DNA from: Candidatus Fervidifonticultor sextus
GTDB taxonomy: Bacteria; Sysuimicrobiota; Sysuimicrobiia; Sysuimicrobiales; Humicultoraceae
Assembly (NCBI GenBank): GCA_031459875.1
Contig: JAVKHQ010000003.1
Span: 32,001-96,000, forward strand
DNA length: 64,000 bases
Reading direction: 5' to 3'
The notes below the pieces were generated by a model that saw nothing but the letters and a program-made list of their open reading frames with translations, was not told the origin of the DNA and did no database searches. The translations under genes were made by a program, and so were the position numbers. This document shows positions 45,881 to 54,668 of the stretch, piece after piece; position 1 is the first letter of the stretch; every line of letters starts with the position of its first letter.

Positions 45881-46908
45881 TCCGGCCGGCGGTCGCCCGC
45901 ACCGTCGTCCTTCACGCACCCGGGGACCTGCGGCTGGAAGAGGTGCCGCTGCCCTCGCCGGGGCCCGGCGAGGTGTTGCTGCGGATCGCCGCGTGCGGGC
46001 TCTGCCCGGGCGAGGTCATGGACTGGTACATGGCCCGCAAGGCGCCGGTGCCGCTGGGCCACGAGGCCGTCGGCCGGGTCGTCGAGGCCGGGGAAGGCGC
46101 GGAGTACCATCCGGGCGAACGCATCTTCGTCCACCACCACGCACCCTGTCTGGTGTGTCGGACGTGCCGCCGAGGCCATCACGTCCACTGCCGCACGTGG
46201 CGGGCGCGGAGGCTGCTGCCCGGAGGCCTGGCGACCTTTGCGGTGGCGCAGGCGCCTGCGGTCGCGGCGGACACGCTGCGGCTGCCCGACGGGCTCTCCG
46301 ATGAGGCGGCCACGTTCATCGAGCCGCTGGCGTGCGTGGTGAAGTCCCTCCGCCGCGCACGCCTTCGCCCGGGCGACCGCGTCCTGGTGGTGGGGGCCGG
46401 CGTCATGGGCCTGCTGCACCTGATGGCCCTGCGCCGGGTCGCCCGTCCCGCGGTGGTGATTGCCGCCGACCGCATTCCTGCGCGCCTTGAGGTGGCCGCG
46501 CGGCACGCTGACCTCGTGGTGGACACGGGGCGGCGGCCGCTGGCAGACGCCGTGCGTGAGGCGACCGATGGCGACGGGGCGGATGTGGCCATCGTGGGTC
46601 CGGGCACGTTCGAGGCGCTGGAGGCCGCGTTTGGCGCCCTGGCGCCAGGAGGCACGCTGGTGGTCTTCACACCCACGCCCCCGGAGAGGCCCTGGCCGTT
46701 GCCGGTCCACGACCTGTTCTTCAGGGAAGTGAGCATCGTCCCCAGCTATTCATCAGGCCCCCCACAGACGCGCGAGGCCCTCGGCCTGCTGGCCGATGGG
46801 CTCCCGGTGGAGGGGTTGATCACCCACCGCCTCCCTCTCGCGGAGACGTCCGTGGGGTACGAACTCATCCGCGCCGGGTCCGCGCTGAAGGTGGTGGTCG
46901 TGCCGTGA
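45871..46908 (+). CDS. Zn-dependent alcohol/polyol dehydrogenase (second, atypical)
   Basis: CPGE, GHE, HHHAPCLVCRTC...C, EPLAC, GAGVMG. Confidence 0.85.
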   Translation: MAVVRPAVARTVVLHAPGDLRLEEVPLPSPGPGEVLLRIAACGLCPGEVMDWYMARKAPVPLGHEAVGRVVEAGEGAEYHPGERIFVHHHAPCLVCRTCRRGHHVHCRTWRARRLLPGGLATFAVAQAPAVAADTLRLPDGLSDEAATFIEPLACVVKSLRRARLRPGDRVLVVGAGVMGLLHLMALRRVARPAVVIAADRIPARLEVAARHADLVVDTGRRPLADAVREATDGDGADVAIVGPGTFEALEAAFGALAPGGTLVVFTPTPPERPWPLPVHDLFFREVSIVPSYSSGPPQTREALGLLADGLPVEGLITHRLPLAETSVGYELIRAGSALKVVVVP

Positions 46909-47402
46909 CGGCGCAGCGCGGGCCGACGGTCGTCCGGTTCGACCCCGAACACTTCCGGTGGGCCGGCATCCCCCCGAAGCCCTACCGGTCACATCCCGAC
47001 GGCGGGCTTGCCTGGAAGGGCGTGGAACGGTTCGTGCTGGTCGGCGCCGCCGGCGAGCCGACGGCATTCCACCTTCGCTACTTCGAGATCGCCCCCGGCG
47101 GATACTCGTCGTGGGAGCGGCACCGGCACGCCCACGCCGTCCTGGTGGTCCGGGGCCGCGGTCGGGTGCGGCTCGGGAAGGCGGTCTTCCGCGTGCGCCC
47201 CATGGACTTCATCTACATCCCCGCCGAGGTCCCCCATCAGTTCATCGCGGGCCGCCAGCCGTTCGGCTTCCTCTGCCCCGTGGACGCGGTGCGCGATCGG
47301 CCCCGGCCGGCTTCCCGCCCGGTCGCAAGGCCCCACAGCCGGCGGAGCCCCGGGCGCCGCACCGCCAGGCAGCCGGCAGCGCTTGCGCCCGCGGGGGCCT
47401 GA
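46905..47402 (+). CDS. Cupin domain protein
   Basis: LRYFEIAPGGYS..ERHRHAH, PHQF, FGFLCPVD. Confidence 0.85.
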   Translation: MTAQRGPTVVRFDPEHFRWAGIPPKPYRSHPDGGLAWKGVERFVLVGAAGEPTAFHLRYFEIAPGGYSSWERHRHAHAVLVVRGRGRVRLGKAVFRVRPMDFIYIPAEVPHQFIAGRQPFGFLCPVDAVRDRPRPASRPVARPHSRRSPGRRTARQPAALAPAGA

Positions 47403-47448
47403 GGCTACAATTTGAGAAGGACGTTACTCAAGAATCCCGGAGACGCGC

Positions 47449-47820
47449 ATGATTACCATCACCCCGCAGGCCGCGGCCAAACTCTCGGAGATCCTCAAGC
47501 AGCAGGACGATCCTGCGGCCCGGCTCCGGCTGTTCATCGCCAAGGGCGGCTGCCACGGGTACACCTACGGGATGGCGTTTGATGCCGAACGGCGTGAAGG
47601 GGACCAGGTGCTCGCCCAGCACGGGGTGGAACTGGTCGTCGACCCGGTGAGCCTGCGGCTGCTGGCCGGTGCGCAGATCGACTACGTGACGTCGGTGACG
47701 GGCGAAGGGTTTGCGGTCCGCAACCCCAACGCCGTGGAGACCTGCGGGTGCGGGCACTCGTTCCAGACCGCCGAGGGCGACGGCGAGCCCGATCCGTGCG
47801 AGGACGCTACGTCGAAGTGA
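47449..47820 (+). CDS. A-type Fe-S carrier (IscA/SufA/ErpA family)
   Basis: GGCHGY, NPNA..TCGCGHSF; TACAAT -10 box at 47406. Confidence 0.93.
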   Translation: MITITPQAAAKLSEILKQQDDPAARLRLFIAKGGCHGYTYGMAFDAERREGDQVLAQHGVELVVDPVSLRLLAGAQIDYVTSVTGEGFAVRNPNAVETCGCGHSFQTAEGDGEPDPCEDATSK

Positions 47821-47831
47821 AGGAGGCGGCG

Positions 47832-48095
47832 ATGACGGACCAGGTGCAGGTCCAGGATCCCGACGCCGGCCTGCGCGAGCGGGTCGAGAAGGTGCTGGAT
47901 ACGATCCGTCCCTACGTGCAGGGCGACGGGGGCGACATCGAACTGCTCGACGTGACCGACGGCATCGTGCAGCTCCGCCTGGCCGGTGCCTGCGTGGGGT
48001 GCATGCACTCCATGATGACGCTGCAGGCGGGGATCGAGCGGATGTTGAAACAGGAAATTCCGGAGATCCGCGTAGTGGAGGCGGTCCCCTTCTAG
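47832..48095 (+). CDS. Nfu/NifU C-terminal domain Fe-S carrier
   Basis: IRPYVQGDGGDIE, GACVGC. Confidence 0.92.
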   Translation: MTDQVQVQDPDAGLRERVEKVLDTIRPYVQGDGGDIELLDVTDGIVQLRLAGACVGCMHSMMTLQAGIERMLKQEIPEIRVVEAVPF

Positions 48096-48118
48096 CGCGT
48101 TGCGGAGGTCAACGCCGG

Positions 48119-48150
48119 GGCCCCCGTGCCACGCACGCGGGGCCTTTCTT
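48119..48150 (+). terminator. Probable Rho-independent terminator after the nfu gene
   Basis: GGCCCCCGTGC-CAC-GCACGCGGGGCC (one bulge) followed by TTTCTT. Confidence 0.6.
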
Positions 48151-48176
48151 GTGGGACGCACGGGGTTGACGGTGCC

Positions 48177-49643
48177 ATGGCCACCCAGATGCAGTGGACC
48201 CGAATCCTCAGGAAGATCGACGACTACCGGTGGGAGGTCCCGGCCTCCTACAAGCCCGGCATGCGCGTGCCGGGCCTGATCTTCGCCGACGAGCGCATGC
48301 TGCGCACGATGGGCGAGGAGCAGGCGTTCGAGCAGGTGGCGAATGTGGCGACGTTGCCGGGCATCGTGGGCCGCTCCCTGGCCATGCCCGACATCCACTG
48401 GGGGTATGGGTTTCCGGTGGGCGGGGTGGCCGCGTTCGACGTGGAGGAGGGGATCATCTCGCCGGGCGGTGTGGGCTACGACATCAACTGCGGCGTCCGC
48501 CTGATCCGCACCGACCTGACCGAGGCTGACGTCCGCCCGAAACTGGAAGAACTGGTCAACGTCCTCTTCCGCACCGTGCCCTCAGGCGTGGGGATGGGCG
48601 GGCAGGTCAAGGTCAGCATGCAGGAGATCGACGAGGTCCTCCGCAGCGGCGCGCGGTGGGCGGTGGGCAGGGGCTACGGCCACCCCGACGACCTGGAGGT
48701 CATCGAAGCCGGGGGGGCGCTGCCCGGCGCCGACCCCGAGGCCGTCAGCCAGAACGCCAAGCAGCGCGGCCGCGGGCAGATCGGCACGCTGGGGTCGGGC
48801 AACCACTTCCTGGAGGTCCAGATCGTCGACCAGATCTTCGACGAAGGGACCGCTCGGGCGCTCGGCGTCTGGGGTCCGGGACAGGTCGTCGTCTTCATCC
48901 ACACCGGCTCGCGCGGGCTCGGCCATCAGGTGTGCACCGACTACCTGCGCACCAGTGAGCGCGTCGCCCGCCAGCACGGCATCCACCTGGTGGATCGGCA
49001 GCTGGCCTGCATGCCGTTCTCCTCGCCGGAGGGGCAGCGCTACTTCGGCGCCATGTGCGCGGCGGCGAACTTCGCCTTCGCCAACCGGCAGCTCATCACC
49101 CACTGGGTGCGGGAGAGTTTCGAGCGGGTGTTCGGGAAGTCGTGGGAACAGTTGGGCATCCGGCTGGTCTACGACGTCGCACACAACATCGGGAAGGTCG
49201 AGGAGTACGAGGTGGACGGGCAGCGGCGCCGGCTGTGCGTGCACCGCAAGGGCGCCACGCGTGCCTTCCCGCCCGGGCACCCGGAGGTGCCGACCCGCTA
49301 CCGCCGGGTCGGCCAGCCGGTCCTGATCCCCGGCGACATGGGCCGGTACTCGTTCCTCCTGGTGGGCGCCGACGGCGCGATGCGCGAGGCGTTCGGCTCG
49401 ACCTGCCACGGAGCCGGCCGCGTGCTCGGGCGCAAGGCGGCGGTGCGGCAACTGGCCGGCCGCGACATCGCCGAAGAACTGCGGGCGGCCGGGATCATCG
49501 TGCGGGCGCAGGATCGGGGCCTGCTCGCCGAAGAGGCATCCGCCGCCTACAAGGACGTGGCCGACGTGGTGGCCATCTGCCACGCGGCGGGGCTGTCCCG
49601 GCGCGTGGCCCGCATGCGCCCCATCGGCGTCGTCAAGGGATAG
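48177..49643 (+). CDS. rtcB: RNA ligase RtcB (long archaeal/eukaryote-like form)
   Basis: MPDIHWGYGFP, GYDINCG, GSGNHF, HTGSRG, HRKGAT, STCHGAGR, terminal VKG. Confidence 0.96.
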   Translation: MATQMQWTRILRKIDDYRWEVPASYKPGMRVPGLIFADERMLRTMGEEQAFEQVANVATLPGIVGRSLAMPDIHWGYGFPVGGVAAFDVEEGIISPGGVGYDINCGVRLIRTDLTEADVRPKLEELVNVLFRTVPSGVGMGGQVKVSMQEIDEVLRSGARWAVGRGYGHPDDLEVIEAGGALPGADPEAVSQNAKQRGRGQIGTLGSGNHFLEVQIVDQIFDEGTARALGVWGPGQVVVFIHTGSRGLGHQVCTDYLRTSERVARQHGIHLVDRQLACMPFSSPEGQRYFGAMCAAANFAFANRQLITHWVRESFERVFGKSWEQLGIRLVYDVAHNIGKVEEYEVDGQRRRLCVHRKGATRAFPPGHPEVPTRYRRVGQPVLIPGDMGRYSFLLVGADGAMREAFGSTCHGAGRVLGRKAAVRQLAGRDIAEELRAAGIIVRAQDRGLLAEEASAAYKDVADVVAICHAAGLSRRVARMRPIGVVKG

Positions 49644-49669
49644 CATGTCGGGAGAGACGAGGAGCTGCG

Positions 49670-50827
49670 GTGCAGGTTCTGTCCGTCGAGGAACAGCGGT
49701 TGATCCACCGGACCATCCGGGAGTTCGCCCGCGAGACGTTGCGGTCCCAGGCGGCCGCCTGGGACCGCGAGAACCGGTTCCCCACCGAACTGATTCCGCG
49801 CCTGGCCGACCTGGGATTGTTCGGCATGACCATCCCCGCAGACTACGGCGGCTCGGGCCTGCCGGCCACCGCAGTGGCCACGGCCATCGAGGCGCTGGCC
49901 TGGGGCGACGGCGGGATCGCGCTGTCGGTGGCCGCGCACAACTCCCTGTGCGCCGGGCACCTCGTGGCCTTCGCGAACGAGACGCAGCGCCGGCGGTTCC
50001 TGCCCCGCCTGGCCACCGGCGAAGCGCTGGGGTCGTGGTGTCTGACCGAGCCCGGCGCGGGCAGCGACGCGGCGGGGATCCAGACCCGCGCCGAGCGCCG
50101 CGGCGACCAGTGGGTGCTGAACGGGACCAAGGTGTTCGTGACCAACGGTAGCCTGGCCGGGATCTACGTGGTCATGGCCGTCACGACGCCGGGGGCCGGC
50201 CGCAGCGGAATCACCGCCTTCGTGGTCGAGCGGGGCACGCCCGGACTGGAGATCGGCAAGAAAGAAGACAAACTCGGCGTGCGCAGCAGCGACACGGCCG
50301 AGGTGCGGTTCGCCGACTGCGCCGTCCCCGACGAGTGCCGGATCGGCGAGGTCGGCAGCGGCTACCAGCAGGCCATGCGCGTGTTGGAGCGCGGCCGCAT
50401 CGGGATCGCCGCCATGGCCGTCGGCATCGGCCGCGCGGCGCTGGATGCGAGCCTGGAGTACGCGCAGCAGCGGCAGGCCTACGGCCGACCCATCGCGGAC
50501 CTGCAGGCCATTCAGTTCATGCTGGCCGACATGGCCACCGAACTGGACGCCGCCTGGCTGCTGACCGAGCACGCCGCGGCCCTGGCCGACCGGGGCGAGC
50601 CCTTCCGGCGCGAATCCTCCATGGCCAAACTCTACGCCGCCGAGGCCGCGGCCCGGGCGGCGGCCCGGGCGGTCCAGATCCACGGCGGGTACGGATTCAT
50701 CAAGGACTACCCCGTGGAGCGGTACTACCGCGACATCAAGCTCTGCGAGATCGGCGAGGGGACCAGCGAGGTGCAGCGGGCGATCATCTCGCGGGCGGTC
50801 CTGGAGAGCCTGGGAGGAGCGCGCTAG
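49670..50827 (+). CDS. Acyl-CoA dehydrogenase
   Basis: LTEPGAGSD, LNGTKVFVTNG, QIHGGYG, EGTSEVQR. Confidence 0.93.
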   Translation: MQVLSVEEQRLIHRTIREFARETLRSQAAAWDRENRFPTELIPRLADLGLFGMTIPADYGGSGLPATAVATAIEALAWGDGGIALSVAAHNSLCAGHLVAFANETQRRRFLPRLATGEALGSWCLTEPGAGSDAAGIQTRAERRGDQWVLNGTKVFVTNGSLAGIYVVMAVTTPGAGRSGITAFVVERGTPGLEIGKKEDKLGVRSSDTAEVRFADCAVPDECRIGEVGSGYQQAMRVLERGRIGIAAMAVGIGRAALDASLEYAQQRQAYGRPIADLQAIQFMLADMATELDAAWLLTEHAAALADRGEPFRRESSMAKLYAAEAAARAAARAVQIHGGYGFIKDYPVERYYRDIKLCEIGEGTSEVQRAIISRAVLESLGGAR

Positions 50828-52683
50828 TGCCGTCGGTGGCGCATCCCTTCCTGGCCCGACTCGCCGAGGGCCCGCTGGTGGCCGCCGGCGCCATGGGGAC
50901 GATGCTCTATGCCCGCGGGGTGCCCTTCGATCAGTGCTTCGACGCTGTCAACCTCAACAGGCCGCATCTCGTCAGCGAGATCCACGACGCCTACCTGGCA
51001 GCCGGCGCGGAACTGCTGGAGACCAACACCTTCGGGGCCAACCGGCTGAAACTGGCCGGCCACGGGCTGGCCGACCAGGTCGAGGCCATCAACGCCGCCG
51101 GCGTCCGCCTGGCGCGCCAGGCCGCCGCCGCGGCGGGCCGGCGGATCTGGATCGCCGGTTCCATCGGGCCGCTGGGCCGGCCGATGGCCCCGCTGGGGAC
51201 GACCGGGGAGGCCGAGGCCGACGCCGTCTTCGCCGAGCAGGCCCGCGCGCTGGCGGCGGCCGGCGCCGATGTGCTGATCCTGGAGACGTTCGTCGACCTT
51301 ACCGAACTGGCCGTGGCATTCCAGGCGTCGCGGCGGGTGACCGATCTGCCGATCATCGCCCAGATGTCCTTCGCCCCTGACGGCCGCACGCTGGTGGGCC
51401 ACACGCCGGAGGAGATCGTCGCCCGGCTGGAGGGGCTGGGCGCCTCGGTCATTGGCGCCAACTGCAGCGTCGGTCCCCACGGGATCGTCGAGGTGCTGGA
51501 GCGGATGGCGGCGGTCAGCCACACCCCGCTGTCGGCCATGCCGAACGCCGGCCAGCCGACGTACGTCGGCGGCCGCATCGCCTACGTGGCCTCTCCTGCC
51601 TACACGGCCGAGCACGCCGTCATGCTCGCGGACCTGGGGGTGTCCCTGATCGGCGGGTGCTGCGGGACGACCCCTGACCACATTGCCGCCATCAGGCAGG
51701 CGCTGGCCGGCTACCGCAGGACCGCTCCCCGGCCGAAGGCCCCGCTCGTCGTCTCGCGCCCGCCCCTGCCGGCTCCGGCGCCGGAGCCGCCGAGCTCGCT
51801 GGCGCAGAAACTGGGCCGGCGGTTCGTGCTCACCGTGGAGGTCTCCCCGCCGCGGGGCGCCCAGGATGCCGACGAACTGGAGCACTGCCGCCGCCTGCGC
51901 GCCGCCGGGGTGGACGCCATCAACGTGACCGACAACCCGCTGGCGCGTCTGCGGATGAGCCCGTGGGCCACCGCCGTGCGCATCCAGCGAGAGGTCGGCC
52001 TGGAGACCATCCTGCACTTCACCACGCGGGATCGGAACCTGATCCGGTTGCAGTCCGACCTGCTGGCCGTGCACGCGCTGGGCATCCGCAACGTGCTGGT
52101 CCTGCGTGGGGATCCGCCGCAGGCCGGCGACTACCCGCAGGCCACCGCGGTGGCCGACATCCATCCGTCCGGTGTGGTGAGGATGATCAATGAGTTCAAC
52201 CAGGGCCGTGATCTGGCCGGCAACTCCATCGGTGGTCCCACGCGATTCCTGGCCGGCGTCGCCCTCAACATGGCCGCGCGCCCCCTGGAGCGGGAGGTGC
52301 GGGGCCTGGAGCGCAAGCTGGCTGCGGGGGCCGACTTCATCTGCACGATGCCGATCTTCGATCCCGAGACGCTCGACCGGTTCGTGGAACGGTTCGGCCG
52401 GTTGCCGGTCCCCGTCCTGGTCGGCATCCTGCCTCTGCACAGCGCCCGGCACGCGGAGTTCCTGCACAACGAACTGCCCGGGATGGTGGTGCCCGACCAC
52501 GTCCGGGCGCGGATGCGGGACGCCAGGGACGGCCGCGAGGAGGGCCTGCGGCTGGCCCGTGACCTGCTGCTGGCGATCCGCCACCAGGCCGGCGGCGCCT
52601 ATCTCATTCCCGCGTTCGGCCGCTACGAACGCATCATCGACCTGGTGCGCGAGGTCCGGCCGGTGCTCCCGGCGCGCCAGTGA
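50827..52683 (+). CDS. yitJ: Bifunctional homocysteine S-methyltransferase / methylenetetrahydrofolate reductase
   Basis: GAMGT, TNTFGAN, GANC, GGCCGTTP, then the MTHFR domain (TDNP-AR-RMS, RDRNL, GDPP). Confidence 0.9.
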   Translation: MPSVAHPFLARLAEGPLVAAGAMGTMLYARGVPFDQCFDAVNLNRPHLVSEIHDAYLAAGAELLETNTFGANRLKLAGHGLADQVEAINAAGVRLARQAAAAAGRRIWIAGSIGPLGRPMAPLGTTGEAEADAVFAEQARALAAAGADVLILETFVDLTELAVAFQASRRVTDLPIIAQMSFAPDGRTLVGHTPEEIVARLEGLGASVIGANCSVGPHGIVEVLERMAAVSHTPLSAMPNAGQPTYVGGRIAYVASPAYTAEHAVMLADLGVSLIGGCCGTTPDHIAAIRQALAGYRRTAPRPKAPLVVSRPPLPAPAPEPPSSLAQKLGRRFVLTVEVSPPRGAQDADELEHCRRLRAAGVDAINVTDNPLARLRMSPWATAVRIQREVGLETILHFTTRDRNLIRLQSDLLAVHALGIRNVLVLRGDPPQAGDYPQATAVADIHPSGVVRMINEFNQGRDLAGNSIGGPTRFLAGVALNMAARPLEREVRGLERKLAAGADFICTMPIFDPETLDRFVERFGRLPVPVLVGILPLHSARHAEFLHNELPGMVVPDHVRARMRDARDGREEGLRLARDLLLAIRHQAGGAYLIPAFGRYERIIDLVREVRPVLPARQ

Positions 52684-53414
52684 ACGGCGGCCGCCGGGAG
52701 GTCCGGGTCGAGGGACACCGCCTCATCCGCGCGCCCCTGCAGCGGGTCTGGCAGTTGCTCAGCCGCCTGGAATCTTATCCCCGGTACGCCAGCCTCTGGC
52801 TGACGGCGGACCTGCTGGAGCGATCACAGAGGTCGGCGCTGGTCGAGTTCCGGGGATTCTTCGGCGGACTGCCGGTCACCTCAGTCCAGCGGGTGGTGAT
52901 GCGGCCGCCCGGCCGGATCGAGTTCCGGCAGGTGCGGGGGACCCTGCGGGCCCTCTCCGGCGTCTACGCGCTGAAGGACGTCGAAGGCGAGACCGATCTG
53001 ACGGTCCGGATGGCCGCAGACGCCGGCATCGTCTTCTTCTCTGAGGAGTCGGTCCAGCAGATCCTGGTGGCGCACATCGACCGCATGCTGACGAGGATCA
53101 AGGCCTCGGCCGAGCGCGACCTCGCACGCGCGATCGTGCGGAGGAGCCCGGCATCCGGCGAGGGGGGGACTGCGGCGGCTGCGCTCTCTGCGAGGGGTGA
53201 TGCGGCCCTCCCGGCAGAGGAGGAGGAAGAGGCAGGACCCGGCCAGGAAGGGGAACCGCCCCCGCCCGCCGGGCCTCCGCCGGTGATGGCCGGCCAACCA
53301 CCGCAATCGACCGCACTGCCGGCCACCGCGCCCGGCGAGCGGCGCCGACGACGCCGCTGGCGCCGCCGCCGCGGTCACCTCCGGGCGGGCGGAGACGAGC
53401 CGCAGGGTTCCTGA
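52680..53414 (+). CDS. SRPBCC/START (polyketide cyclase-like) protein with a low-complexity tail
   Basis: IRAPLQRVWQLL..LESYP, IEFRQVRG; acidic, Pro-rich and Arg-rich tail. Confidence 0.7.
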   Translation: MNGGRREVRVEGHRLIRAPLQRVWQLLSRLESYPRYASLWLTADLLERSQRSALVEFRGFFGGLPVTSVQRVVMRPPGRIEFRQVRGTLRALSGVYALKDVEGETDLTVRMAADAGIVFFSEESVQQILVAHIDRMLTRIKASAERDLARAIVRRSPASGEGGTAAAALSARGDAALPAEEEEEAGPGQEGEPPPPAGPPPVMAGQPPQSTALPATAPGERRRRRRWRRRRGHLRAGGDEPQGS

Positions 53415-53526
53415 CCGGCCACCTGGACTGTCCTGCGGGCCCCGCACGCCGCCGCACGGGGTCCCGTAGTCGGTCCCCGCGGGCGAATGCTACACTGGCA
53501 GTACGCGCTACCTGTGGAGGTCGAGC

Positions 53527-54639
53527 ATGTCCCGACGCCAGAATGGGCCCACACGAGAGCAGGTGCTGGCAGCGCTGCGCGACGTCTACGATCCCGAACT
53601 CCACAAGAGCATCGTCGAACTGGACATGGTCCAGCGCATCGGCATCCAGGACGGACGGGTCACGGTGGACGCGCTGCTCACCATCAGCGGGTGCCCGCTG
53701 CGGGACACCATCGTAGCCTCCATCGCCGAGAAGGTGAAGGCGCTGCCCGGCGTGACCGACGTGGAGGTCCGCCTGGGGGTCATGAGCGGTGAGCAGCGAC
53801 AGGCCCTGGTCCAGCGCCTGCGGGGCGGTGAGATCCACCCCCAGCGGAAGTCCCCGTTCCTGACGCCCGGCTCGCCGACGCGGGTCATCGCGGTGGCCAG
53901 CGGCAAGGGCGGGGTCGGCAAGTCTACGGTGACCGCCAACCTGGCCGTGGCGATGGCGATGGCCGGCCACCGGGTCGGCGTCCTCGATGCGGACGTCTAC
54001 GGCTTCTCGATCCCCCGCATGCTGGGCATCACCGGTCGTCCGACTGCCATCGACCAGATGCTGATTCCTCTAGAGCGCGACGGGATCCGCGTCATGTCCA
54101 TCGGGTTCCTGCTGCCCGACGAAGGAGAGGCCGTGGTCTGGCGCGGTCCGATGCTGCACAAGACCCTGGTGACCTTCATCCAGGAAGTCCACTGGGGCGA
54201 CGACCTGGAGTACCTGCTGATCGACCTGCCGCCCGGCACCGGCGACGTGTCGCTGTCCATCGCCCAGACCCTGCCGGAGGCCACCATGCTGATCGTGACG
54301 ACCCCGCAGCCCGCGGCCGCCAGTGTCGCCCAGCGCGCGGCCAGGATGGCCGAGAAGGTCAACATGGAGGTCGTGGGCGTCGTCGAGAACATGTCGGGCT
54401 TCACGCCCACCCCCGGGGGGCCCACCATCGACGTCTTCGGACGCGGCGGCGGGCTGCGGCTGGCCGAAGTCCTCGGCGTGCCACTGCTGGGGGAGGTCCC
54501 GCTGGACGTCCTCGTGCGGGAGGGCTGCGACGCTGGCGAACCGGTGGTGCGGGCACATCCCGACTCGCCGGCCGCCCGGGCGCTGCGCGAGGTGGCGCAC
54601 AAGCTGGTGCGCCTGCTGCCGGTGGGCTCCCACACCTAG
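53527..54639 (+). CDS. Mrp/ApbC/NBP35 Fe-S carrier ATPase with N-terminal DUF59
   Basis: VYDPEL..SIVEL, GCPL, SGKGGVGKST, DLPPGTGD, ENMS; TGc-TACACT -10 box at 53488-53496. Confidence 0.92.
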   Translation: MSRRQNGPTREQVLAALRDVYDPELHKSIVELDMVQRIGIQDGRVTVDALLTISGCPLRDTIVASIAEKVKALPGVTDVEVRLGVMSGEQRQALVQRLRGGEIHPQRKSPFLTPGSPTRVIAVASGKGGVGKSTVTANLAVAMAMAGHRVGVLDADVYGFSIPRMLGITGRPTAIDQMLIPLERDGIRVMSIGFLLPDEGEAVVWRGPMLHKTLVTFIQEVHWGDDLEYLLIDLPPGTGDVSLSIAQTLPEATMLIVTTPQPAAASVAQRAARMAEKVNMEVVGVVENMSGFTPTPGGPTIDVFGRGGGLRLAEVLGVPLLGEVPLDVLVREGCDAGEPVVRAHPDSPAARALREVAHKLVRLLPVGSHT

Positions 54640-54668
54640 CCGGGCACGGCGGAAGGAGCGGACATCAC

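Noticed and set aside
54380..54450. Mrp protein lacks the C-terminal CxxC after ENMS
   Set aside because: CxxC-less Mrp/SalA-type proteins are already known in Gram-positive lineages
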